A DNA stretch of 64,000 bases from Lingula anatina. Its lineage: Eukaryota; Animalia; Brachiopoda. The position numbers and the translations under genes were made by a program. The notes under the pieces are model-generated. The model was not told the origin of the DNA, searched no databases, and was given only the letters and a program-made list of their open reading frames with translations. This document shows, piece by piece, positions 39,713 to 51,873 of the stretch (positions within the stretch are counted from its first letter, which is position 1; every line of letters begins with the position of its first letter). The DNA is taken from contig CM120645.1 in assembly GCA_051362555.1 (NCBI GenBank), positions 10,354,001 through 10,418,000 on the forward strand, written 5' to 3'.

Positions 39713-40165
39713 GGGTTTTAAACGGAACGAAATTAAGAGAATATTTGCAGTTGCATGTATGATTATGAGATCAAGAACGAATATCAAATCACTGAACCTT
39801 TAAAAATATTTCCCCCGAAACAATAAACTAAATCAAATTTATTCACAATTTTCAAAAACACTGTCTTTGGTTAAGTGTAAGTGAACTGCTAATATTGGAT
39901 ATGGTATGTCCATGGTAACAACACTACCTGATTTTGCATAGCAACAAATCCAGATGTCGTCAGGCCTGCCGACAAACTCATCCCCTCTCTTAATGTTCTC
40001 CCGTATTCCCTTCACTGCTGGCAAATAATGCCCATTGTAGGGAATATAGGATAGCGTCTGTCCGTTGTGGTCAGTGATGACCGAAATGCTGTCTTGGTCT
40101 TTGCCAGAAGTCCACTTGTTTATAATCTTGTCCAGTGTTCCGTGGCCGTCTTGTGGCGTGCCCAT
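37474..40165 (-). CDS. Cytosolic sulfotransferase (SULT1-like), 6 coding exons
   Basis: Exons 40165-39928, 39560-39422, 39140-38956, 38649-38552, 38188-38035, 37583-37474 with consistent phases. Motifs RPDDIWICCYAKSGTHW (5'-PSB loop), RNPKDVAVSYY (3'-PB), GSWFDY, YEDLKKD, YRKGQVGDWKNWFT. Confidence 0.9.
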
Positions 40166-41180
40166 GGCTGTGAACAAGCAACACATGTATAGTTGAAATA
40201 ATGTACATGTAATAAGGCCCTTAGCCAGTATTTTCAAAGGGGCGGGGGAGTCTTTTTCTGAAAAAAAAAATGGATCTTTCACCATGCAACCTCCGTGTAC
40301 CTACATAAATTTTACCCAGAGCAAACCTTTTTTCCAACAAAAAGGGCGGTTCGTGCGAACCTCGGACAGCCCCCTCCCAAAAAAAAGGATACAGTGATAC
40401 AGAAAATCATGTATTAAACCTAATGTTCCTTTTTCAAATTCTTAAGGGAATTATTTTTCACAAAAATTTACTGATTGTACAACCAAAGAATAATTTTACC
40501 ATTGTAAGAAATCAAACACATTTTAGTATTTTGTACAGTATCTTCTGGATTGGAGGACGCACCTGTCACGTCTGTGCGTGGGGTCAAAGTGTTCAGGAAC
40601 GTTTCCACATACGGTGCAAAGATAGTATGAGGTCGTTGTGATATGGGACAATGTTAGTGTTGTGCATTACATCAGTTGAAGTATCTGTTGGGTTCAATTC
40701 TACTTCAACTATCAGCATTCACGTGACCATGAAATAATATGCCCACTGAAAACTTACAAAGATAAAACTCTGATCATCAATGGAATATGCGTACATGAAC
40801 GGTACACGCACATGTATCAATTTTTAAAAGTAAAAGTATCGTGCAACTTACTAGTACGTTTCAGTGACCTTCCCTTGGTAATATGATATAACTATACATT
40901 TATACAGTACCATTTGACTGCTAGGCGCTTGGTCCACCATAAATTAGCTATTAATATTGATGAATATTCACGTAAATAACATCAGCTGTTCACTGTACGG
41001 TTGCCGGCGGCCATTACACCGTCCACTCAGCAGAAGCATCAATAATCATAGGTTATCAGTAGCACTGGTTTTAATTGGGGCAGATCTACTGTGTCTTGAC
41101 CTGCTGGTTAGGGGCCACTGTGAGTACAGCCCAGGGCTGTGTGCCTTAGCCTAATAGCGTTGACATGACCCAGTTAAGGA

Positions 41181-41410
41181 CCCTTTACACTGGACGGCGT
41201 CCTTTCTGCGATCAAAAATGTGGTCAGGACGCTCAACGGTCACCAAAGCGGTTAAATCGTGTTTCAGTGTAAATGCTTCTGCGTCCATTGTGCGTTCTTT
41301 GAATCTAGATTTTAACTGTAAATACCCCTTTACACTAGTTGGCATCCTTTCTGCGTCCCTTCCGCAAACAAAAATGTGGTCAGGACGCTCAACCGTCGAC
41401 AAAGCAATTT
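41181..41410. repeat. Two-unit tandem repeat (CCCTTTACACT...AAAAATGTGGTCAGGACGCTCAAC)
   Basis: Units start at ~41181 and ~41327; probably internal repeats of a transposon remnant. Confidence 0.6.
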
Positions 41411-43110
41411 TAATTGACGGAGACTTAATTTTAAGTGCCTTAGTCGTCTGCATCCCTTGCTCGTCCTTTGAACGACCGAATCTTGATTTTACCTGTAAAA
41501 ATGCGAGCTACTGGCATGTGCGTCCACTGATCGACCTGTCTACCTCCACTATGCGTCCCCTGTGCAACCCACGGAGTCCACTGCCATGTTTGAGCGTCCG
41601 CTGAGCATCCTGGTTGTGTTCTCTGTACTGTACCTTCATCAACGATCAGTGGCTACCATTCTACGATCTTTTTGCCTCCTGCTAGTCCGATGAGCGTTGT
41701 TTGGGCGTCCTTCGATATATTGACTTTATTATATTTTTTCATCAGTATACTAACCTGGCCACCCAATGAAGAACATCTTCAGAAAACAAAACATTTAATT
41801 AGGAATAAATTAATTTTTTCAAACTACTGTACATGTGATGCAAGGTCTGAATGCTATACCCATGCAGTTCTTTCTATTGAACACGGTGGTACACATGTAC
41901 TCTCATAATTATTGAATATGGAATATCACAAATCTACAATATATTTACTAGTAGTTCTGATATTTGATCTCAAATGAAACTTGCAAAAATAAAAAAAAAT
42001 GATTATTTATAATTCCACTTTAATATAGATTTTCTTCGTCAGATAAAAATCTTTAAAAACTGGATAGAGCACTACATAACAGCCAATAATTCCATAACAA
42101 CGCGTTGAAAGTCAGTCTAGAATTGCCACTACCTACATTATATTCGTAACCTTATACTAAGTAGGTCAAGGTTGATTATGACCGATGTACGACTAGGTCA
42201 GGAATGAGTTCCATAGCTTTATGGGTTCTAAACGGAAAACATATGCCGGCTATAAATCCATTATAATTACCATAGTACAGATACTAAACTGGTCGAACGA
42301 CAAAAAGCTAAAGAAGGGGTTTAACAAAACGGAATCTTGACCAAGGTACGTAATATTACAAAGTTGTGGTAACAGTTCTTCTCTGTCAGTGTACATGTTT
42401 ATCTTTATCCCTTGCAAATTAATAACATATTGGATTACCGATGAAGTGCTCAGCTTCGATGTATATGTATAAAAGATCAATTCTGGACCACTCTCAGTAA
42501 CTTGCCGAATTTTTAGGACTGAGTTTAACGCAATTATTTGTCACAAGGAATATTTGCCAGAATATTCTTTTTAGCAATTTTGTAAGTTAGTTAGTCAGCT
42601 TAATCTCCACATATAATGACTTAAACAACACTACATGGTTAAAGACAGCTAGGTGTAATCGACCACATTAAATATATAAATATAGATAGATACTACAATA
42701 AAGGGACCTACGGACAATCCTAACGTTTTCAAATAATTTCAATTCCATTAATGATCTTGTATTTTACTTAGAAAGATATCACAATATACTAGTATGCTAC
42801 AGAATCTGCCTACAAACAACGTTGGATTGCTAAAGGTAGCACACTACGTATTACTTTACCACCTGTTTAAGGGGGTAATTGCTGCACATACCATTCATAA
42901 ACAAATATTAATCACTTTGGCAGCTTCAGTGCGACTGTACATATATTTGTAGCGTTTGAAGATACACGCGTGCATATGCAGCTTAATTAGATATAACCGT
43001 CAAGTTTAATGTATATTATTTCTTAGAATTACTAATAGTTTATGTAGAATTCAACAAAACAACGTAATGCGTGGCGCCAGTTACTAGTATTTCATTTTAT
43101 GCATAACTTA

Positions 43111-43656
43111 GAGCGCATTCTCAACGAATTAAGCCAGGCTTTACAAAGCCGGTGACCTAAAAATGGCGGACGTACATGAAAGAAAAACCGCCTAATCTTT
43201 TAATAGTCTCTCCGCCTCCCCACACGTCGTCCCTGCGGGGTACAGTAATTAAATCTCGGCTCCGTTCGCCATGCGGAAGCTACCTGAGAAATATTAAGTG
43301 CGCATGCTCATCAGTTAAACTCGTGGTGAAGAAAGCATGGCGGCTGAAGGCGATCGAAGGAAAAAAGCTCTTCTGTTCTATTATCTTTGAAAACAGAGAC
43401 GAAAAAGGAATAATTTGGCCCGTAGAGCAGCAATGAATCGACTATCTACGGAGATAATATCACCAGAGATATTCACGGAAATATTAATGTTCGGAGCCGA
43501 GATTTAATTACTGTACCCCGCAGGGACGACGTGTGGGGAGGCGTGTGAGAGGCGGAGAGACTATTAAAAGATTAGGCGGTTTTTCTTTCATGTACGTCCG
43601 CCATTTTTAGGTCACCGGCTTTGTAAAGCCTGGCTTAATTCGTTGAGAATGCGCTC
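43111..43656. mobile_element. PIF/Harbinger (Tourist-like) MITE, 546 bp, second copy in opposite orientation
   Basis: Near-identical to 10304-10849 in reverse complement; flanked by a TTA duplication. Confidence 0.9.
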
Positions 43657-44043
43657 TTAAAATGAAACAGTTCATACCAGCCAAAGTTAGCTGTACCTTT
43701 TTGGACGCCACTTGCATTTTGTCACCTACATTGGATGTTTTGGTTATAGAACCTTCACTGGTATTCTATTTCATGCACTGCCAAATGTCGAACGCTGTCT
43801 TGATGTTTTGTTGTTGTTTGTGGGAAAAGTTTGGTAAAATGTGGGCATTTCGTAACACATCCAACAACAAAATGAATTACATAAGTTGTCTTTTTTTCTA
43901 TCTTTGTTCTTTTTTTAGCTGTTTTAGCAAGACATACCACGGTAATTGGTTTTCTAGGCACAGTATGATATGAAATTGCTGTCTTAAAGCTATTTTGACA
44001 ATCGGCACAGTAAGGTATTATTCTTATTATTCTCAGTACGGAG

Positions 44044-44263
44044 ATGGAAACAAGGGAAGAGCCAGAGCAATTGACGACCAGTGAAAGGAGAAAAGAAGAA
44101 TCTAGGAGCGTGTTTGTGTACAGACTTATTCGACAGATCTTCTTTGTTCTAACTTGGTTTTCGCTGGTAAGACACCATCACATTTTGAGTACAGATAGAC
44201 TTCATCAGTCATTGAAGATTATTATAGATCTACAGTTATTGAATTTGGCTGGGGTCGGTAGTT

Positions 44264-44337
<74 letters not shown>

Positions 44338-46309
44338 TTGCGGAACTCAGTAAAGGACCGAGGCGTCCCTATATAGTTGAGTCTTCGGTAGTACAGCAAC
44401 CCCCTCCCCAAATGCTCAGTAATTTCCAAACATTTTTGTTCAGAAACTTACCTTTTTATTTAATTAAAAAATCAATTTTGCAACATGTATATCTTTTACA
44501 GTGCAGAAAAGCCAATCCAATGTCATGTCATTTTTGCAGCATTTTCGAAATGTGCACGGCAATTCCAGATTTGACTGGACTCCCAACAGTTAATTGTTAT
44601 CACCACGGACTTAAACATGGTTTACTTTTTTAAGGGACTGTATTCAGAGCTGTCCGGTCCTAGCCTGCCCGTCTTGAAGGCCAGGGTGGACAGCAGCTGG
44701 GAGGAGATATCACGTGCTCTCATCGGACGCAGCGTCGGGTTTTTCACGGGCTCTCTGGCAGGAGGTGTGATATGTGACAGGTTTCACAAACACGTGGACC
44801 TGGTGTTGATGCTAGTGTTACTCTTAGCGTCTGTGTCGACGGCGGCCATACCGTGGTGCCCTCTGATGGAATTGTTGGCCTTCGTCTTCTTCCTGCAAGG
44901 GTTCGCCGAGGGTATCATAAACGCTGGTAAAGAAGTGCTGTAATAATAATAATAATAATGATCAAATAATAAGTTCTTTTAAACCGATGTGAACAACAGT
45001 AAAACGTGCCATGCGGATTTATCATTTAGATACAATCAATTTTCTGGTTACATATATATATGAAGCGACGCGATATGAAATAAAGGGCCCTCTCACTTAC
45101 TGTATCCTATGCCTCACTGTTCACGAGCTTCAACGGAGTCTCAGCTAAATTTGTTTTGTTATACCGATTTTCTACCAAGATGTGAAGGAAAGACACTTAT
45201 TACTGTTCCCCATATTGGGATTTCTGTAAGGTTTATGTAGAAAAAAATTACTGCTGTTACATCTTACATTCATTTTGTTTATTCTAGGAGGTAATACGGC
45301 GATTTTCAAGCTATGGGGAGAGAGATCAGCGTCCCCCATGCATTCTCTCCATTTTGGGTACGGTGTGGGTGCCATATTGGCTCCACAACTGATACGACCT
45401 TTCCTAATACCAATCACCCGGAATGTCACAAGTGGGTACCTGGAAACGTATGGAAATCTGAGCAACCAATCAGATATTAGAGATCGTGAAATTGAGGGAG
45501 ATTCCTCGATTCCCTCTGCAGATTCGCCCATTGAAGTCGCACACTTTATTGGTGCGGGCATTGCCCTTGTAATGGCTTTGACGTTTTTATTCTTTTACCT
45601 GAGGCCTCCACCTGCAGGATTTAAGCTGAAAAACCCAGTCAAAAACGCCTACCGGTCACTGTGTTCTCCTGCTTCGTGTGGTCAAGGAAGCGCGGTATAC
45701 GGACTGACCATGTTAATCTTGCTCTTTGTCTTCTTCATGGATGTCGCCGGCGGGGAGCGGGTTTGGGGAAAGTTCGTGTTTTCGTTTGCCACTCAAGGCA
45801 CGTTGCGCTTCACCATCGACGACGGGACATTTCTGAACTCCCTGTATTGGGCGTTCTTCACGGCGGGGCGGGGTCTAGGAAGTGTGGTGGCACACTGGGT
45901 GCCAGTGAGGTATATGATCGTGGCAGAAATAGCTGTCATAAACGTCACAGGAATAGTACTGTCGTCTGCTGGATACCGTATTTCTGAAGTCCTGTGGGCT
46001 TGCAACTGCGTGCTAGGACTGTTCCACGCCCCTCTCTTTCCCGGGGGTATGGCCTGGGCCAACTTATACCTTGAGATGACCAGCGTGGCCACGGCTGTTC
46101 TGTTGATCGGGTCGGCAACGGGTGGGTTCGTGTACCAGTGGATCACCGGCGCCCTCTTTGATGTCTACGGTCCAGACTCACTTGTGTACGTTGTTCTGGC
46201 CTTCGCTGTGTTGTTAGCTGTCAAGTTCCTAGTCATGAATCTCGTTGCAAGAATAAAAGGGACGCGCTTCGGGAATCAGGACTCGGCATCCGAGGAGGGA
46301 ACTTCGTAA
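44044..46309 (+). CDS. Major facilitator superfamily transporter, MFSD4/sodium-dependent glucose transporter (NaGLT1)-like, 3 exons
   Basis: Exons 44044-44166, 44635-44926, 45288-46309. Many TM segments; motifs GPSLPVL, GSLAGGVICDR, GGNTAIFKLWG..ASPMHSLHFGYGVGAILAP, LYWAFFTAGRGLG, APLFPGGMAW. Confidence 0.88.
44266..44331. repeat. (AT)n microsatellite in intron 1 of the MFS gene
   Basis: Perfect dinucleotide run. Confidence 0.95.
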
Positions 46310-47452
46310 TATACGCCCTGTGCTGGTGGTTATTTCCATGTGTGCGTCCAGTTTGTGTAGGGATATGTGAACGCTCTGTTGCCTAACACTTACCCAAAGA
46401 TAAAACGATTGCATTTTAATACGATTTTAGTCGACAGACACATAATGTTCAGCGCAGAGTACAATGACATGATTATTCTTTCTGTTCCTCCTTTAAATTG
46501 TTTTGATAGCTGGTGTTGTTTACAATAAGGGTCTGGTTATCGGCGAATAAACAATAACGTCGAAAAGACGAAAAAAATGAATAAACGGTTATTAAGATGC
46601 TAGAATTAAGACTTTTCTGTTTTTCTCAAAGAGTATAAAGAGAGCAAAGGAGATATTAAACACAGTTTAACGTCACATTTAAGAGTTGCTTTATAAGATT
46701 ATTTTCACCATTTTTACATTAACTGATATATATTCCTTATTCTCTCTATTTGGGGATTGGTACAATCATATTAATGCACAATATAGTAAACAATACAAAT
46801 TATCAGACGTCCTATCCATCGTTTTACACTTTATGAAGACCTGTATTGCACTTATATGCAGTAGGTAAACACATGTAACATTCATTCTATATTATATGAC
46901 TGATGGCTGGAAAACCATGATGTTAACAGTAGAAGTGGGTAAAAGATTAATTCCCTGTGTTTGCATGTGTACGTGTGCTAGTACAGTAGACGCACGTCTT
47001 TGAGAGCGCGCGCGCGCGTGTGTGTACTGAGTATGTGTGTGGAGGGGGTTGTTTTCATGTTGAGTTGTGGGCGGGTGAAGGCGGGGAAGTGCATGCACTC
47101 ACATACGAGAGCTTGCGAACACACACGGCGCGCGCACACAAACACATGCCTTGTATAACGCACAACTTCCAATTAAAGTAGTGAATTCAGAAATGCGGAG
47201 TTAGGTAAGCCAAAGATATCATGATGTCACATGCCCCCCTTAACTGCATGTACGTAACGTACAAGTACACTGTAGGTCGCCCCATATCTCCTGCCCTAGA
47301 CCATCGTTAAAGATAGCGAGGGAGAAGGGTAAATAAACGAACCTCGCATATCTCGAGTCACAGTCAGCTGACATTCACTCCCCCTTAAAGACTTGACCAT
47401 TGAGCTACGTCTTCAATTTTCGCGTACAGAAAGCTCACGGACAACCTAAATC

Positions 47453-48474
47453 ATGCATCTAATGCTAGTCGTCGTTCTCGCACTTGTTGGTGCCGCTGTC
47501 TCGCAGGCTCCAATACCTTGCAGTAAGTGGAATTTTCTTGCTTATAATTTTAAATTAGTAATATTCGATAAAGAACTACTCCTTATATTGGCAAGGTCAT
47601 TGTGAATGTTATACAATATTGTAACTGTATATAATATGTGAAGTATATATAGAAGTGGCGTTCTTTTACTTGTTTTTATGTCAAAGTTTTGTTTTGTCAT
47701 TTTTTCTCTCTTTTTTTTTCGTCAGAATCTCCAGCACAGTGGTCGGCTACCCGGGTTAGGGTAAGTAGACTATACGACGTTATCTATAAGTATAAGGAAA
47801 CTTCCACCTCTACTATTGCTTCTTTCAACGCTTTCTTCGAACAGAAAATTTTATATAATGGTAAAATACACATTTTTGCCAGATTTGGCTACAAATTATG
47901 ATGGATATTGGATATCACCGCCCTAGCTGTGTCAGTAGTCCAGTATATAGGAGATTAGCACAAAGAGAGGGTTCAAACGTGATAACAAAAGGGGGCGTTT
48001 CCGAGTCACACGTATTGATAATAATTTGCCCGGTCTGTATAAGTTTATAACTCAAGTCTAGACAAAAATGAAGTAAGACAGCGATCGTCTTGGTAAGACG
48101 TGTCTGATATATTTGATTACGATGTAAAGTTGCGCATGCATAACAGAAACAATAGTCCAATTTTACTACACATTAAAAGCTTAAAATGATAATCAGAAAA
48201 ACTTACGTGAATCTCGTTGCAGAATGCTCAGTTCAGTTATTTTCAAGCATGTTAATGGATCGTTTTACCCATTTTTATCGCAGTACGATTTCAAGGAGAA
48301 AATCGTCCGCAAGGAGCGTTACCATCATGATGCCATTTACCAGAGGACGAAGAAAATTGAAGAAATCGAACAGGGAGAAAGCAAGGAGTTCTATGAAATC
48401 TACCGATTCTATCCACAGGTAGCTTAACCCCTCTGCACTTCATCTCTCTCTCTCTCCTTTCCTTTTCTTTTATA

Positions 48475-48541
<67 letters not shown>

Positions 48542-49809
48542 ACACACACTCGCACACACCCAGAGCCACAATTACATGTAAACTTACCCAATCAAAGGGC
48601 TTTATAAAAACGACGTTGGTTTTACAAGACGACACAATATTAACAGCACAAAGAGCAAAATTGCTTTGAATAGGGCCTATCATAAACCTCAACGCCTTAC
48701 ATAATTTCAGAGAAAACAATACATCATCAACCTGAAGACCAAATACTGCAACACGACAGCCTTGACCCGCCCCTTCCCAGTGTACGAGATCTCGCCCAAC
48801 GACCGGTTCCTGGGAGAATACGTGATCGGAACTACTGCCGTGCCGGGTGAGGGTGTCACCATACAGCAGTGGGGAGGCATGGGCCGAGAACCAGGAAGTA
48901 CGTGCTAAATACATTTGTGTGTGTGTGTGCGCGTGCGCGCGCGACTGCATGTTTGTGTGACTGCGTGTGGGACTGTATGTGTGTGTGTGTGCGATTGTGC
49001 GTGTGCGCGACTGTATGTGTGTGTTTGCGACTTCATATGTGTGCGCGCGCGTGTGCGACAGCAAAGAATTCACATTTTCATAACATGTCTTACATATTGT
49101 TAATAACAGCAGACGAATTTCTAGTTTGACAGTGTATTTTAAAACATTTTCCTAGGTCTCCTTGTAGAACAAACATTGTCTGTGACATGGCCTCTTCTCA
49201 TTTCAGCCATGTTTAGTGGCGCCTGGACGCTGTCTGACTGTTTGTTAACACGCTGGGGCTACTTCAGTAACACCACTGGACCTATTGAAGAGAGCAGGTA
49301 CCGTAATCTTAAGGCCCATTTAATAATAACAATAATAGTAATTGCTATAAAAAAGTAATAATAATAACAATGGACCGCTTTACAACCCAAGATTTCGCTC
49401 ATTTATTAATGCATAAATTCACTTAAATCATTTGAAAATATTCAGAAGCATCATTTCGGTATTCAGTTTTATTATTTTCACTTTTCTGTCTGATGTGCTA
49501 TCTTTTGTCAAATTTTTATTTTTTTAAAACAGTAACTGGGAGATAAAACCCATCTAAGATTTATTGGTCCTTCCTTGACGCTTATCATTTTTTACCTTTA
49601 TAAATTTAATTTTCATTTGTACGGCATGTCCGTAATTTATTTGTTTCTCACATTTTTAACCCGTGTCGTTTGCATAGAGCGCTTAGACGAACTTGCCTGC
49701 TTGTGAGAAAAAAATAATAATGACTACGTTTTCTGCTTTCAGTTACTACGACATCACTCTGGGAGTAAACCCCGAAGATTTCATCCAACCTTCCAGCTGC
49801 ATGGGATAA
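47453..49809 (+). CDS. Ependymin-related secreted protein (EPDR family), 6 exons, ~194 aa
   Basis: Not visible as one ORF. Exons 47453-47522, 47726-47760, 48284-48418, 48711-48897, 49207-49297, 49743-49809 splice in frame: signal peptide, QAPIPCKSPAQWSA, YIINLKTKYCNTTALTRPF, FLGEYVIG, WTLSDC, YYDITLGVNPEDFIQPSSC. Four Cys in the ependymin pattern. Confidence 0.88.
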
Positions 49810-51873
49810 ATTATCACACACCGATAGATGGCGACAACAGTCCAATTACATTTATAGACTGAATTCAAGCATTACCATTTGTTGTGTTTACATTTGCACC
49901 ACATAAAATACTGAACAAATACTTCACCGATATTTTAAGGACAAAGTTGACTGTTTCTAAAAGTACAATTTGGACTGAATAGAAAAAAAAACTTTTGTTA
50001 ATATCAGTTGCAATCTATTATTGCAATATGCACACCACGTTTACTTTCAGCCACAAGTATCAAAATAAAAGTTATGTAATATACATTGTTTTTCTCTTTG
50101 TCTAAATTGTGTATATTGCGATTACTAGTAGTTTTAAATGAATAACGCTTAGATTACCTTTATTCATTTAAAACTACTGTACATGGTGGTCTGGGAAAGT
50201 ACAGTACAAAGGGGTGGGGGGTAATTCAGTTACTTTTTTAGCAGTTAAATACTTGAATATATTGATAAAATACTGGAGCTCAACAAAATGTGCATTTTAT
50301 TTTATAATCATATTACAATAATTGCAAACCTAAAGTATATACTTAAATAGTTAACAAACCATCTTAAGTTATAATAATATACTCGCGCATTTTCATATTC
50401 CGACTCCACCTCCCGTACCGTAAAGGTCTGCACTTGTCGGTTTATTTGAAATTCTGGCGAAGTTTTAGTTACATGTACTACTACATGTACCTGTCACCTC
50501 CACCTGTTAGAGTAAACTATTATGTAAATCAAACTCTACCCAGGAATCAATTCATTTTAAGCTGAATATCAATTGTGTACTGCTAAATTACGTATACTAT
50601 GAACACAAATTATACACGTATACATGTAAAACGACACCGGTATTTTAATGAGATTGTAAAATTAATCACCACAAACTTGGAATTCAAAACGAAAGTGACA
50701 GTCATTTTGGCAATTTTAAAGATATACCAGTATATATATTATTTATACTGTTTATATGGAAAAGTGTTTTCTTAACAAAGAAGCTAGAAGAAGCTAGACG
50801 CAAAGACCACAATTTTCGCAAAGATACAGAAAATATTTGGTAGTTATTTGGTTTAAATCTAAGAATATACACATGCTAGTGCAGTCCTCCAATTATATTA
50901 TATGGTTCAATTACATTAAAATGTAAAACCAGCAATCATAAATATAAGATGGAAGTTACATAAAAAGGAATGTTACACTGATTTGATTTAAACGGTAACA
51001 TGATTGTAAACTACATGTACATACAAATTTTTCCATGATGTCAATAAAAACAACAAAAACTTTAAATAATTTTGTTTTGTAAATATTTTTCACAAAAATA
51101 AAGCAACTTTATGATTTGAATAACAGTGATTTTGCTCAAACAAAACATAAAATAATAATTGTGCTAGTACTACATGTACCTCTATTACCCATTGTGGTTC
51201 TGTTAAATCTTAAGAATAATTAAAATATAAATTCAATCATTATAAACTTAACAAAGAAGTTATAAAAATAATCTTAGTAAATGTAACGCCATTTGGCATT
51301 TTTAAAAGGTAACAATTGTGCATGACACTAAAATTACCCTGTTTTTAACAAGAAACATAAGTTGACTTTGAAATAAATGTCTTCAGTAAGTAAATTAAGC
51401 AGTTGTAGCCTAAGCTTTAAAAATACACAAAAAATGAAAAAATAATGTTAAATACTCTTAGGCTACAGTAATTTGGCAGAATCAACATAAATGCATTGTG
51501 GTATTCTTATTTTAACCATTATGTACAGAACTGTTAATAAACACAAAAGTTAAAGCAATCCTTAGATGCCCATCCACCACTTCTCCAAAGGATTTTTCTC
51601 CAAAGCTTTCCCAAAAAAGGCACAAAGTTTATGGGTGATGGGTAAGAACCCAAAATTATTTTTTCTCTAAATGATGGCCAACAGAATCAAGCTTCTTAAA
51701 TTCAAAAATGCAAAATGCCATGAACTGCTTTTCATTTTTTATCAAAAAATTATCTCCACAGTACTAGTACATAAAAAGGGGTGTGTGGAGGGATAAATGT
51801 TGTTACCCAATCATACTGGACTTGTTTGTGATGATAACATAATATGTTAAAGACAACAAGACAGTCACCCTAT

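Noticed and set aside
48291-49129. 260-aa minus ORF and overlapping Cys/Val-rich ORFs
   Set aside because: Produced by (CA)n/(GT)n/(CT)n repeats and antisense to ependymin exons.
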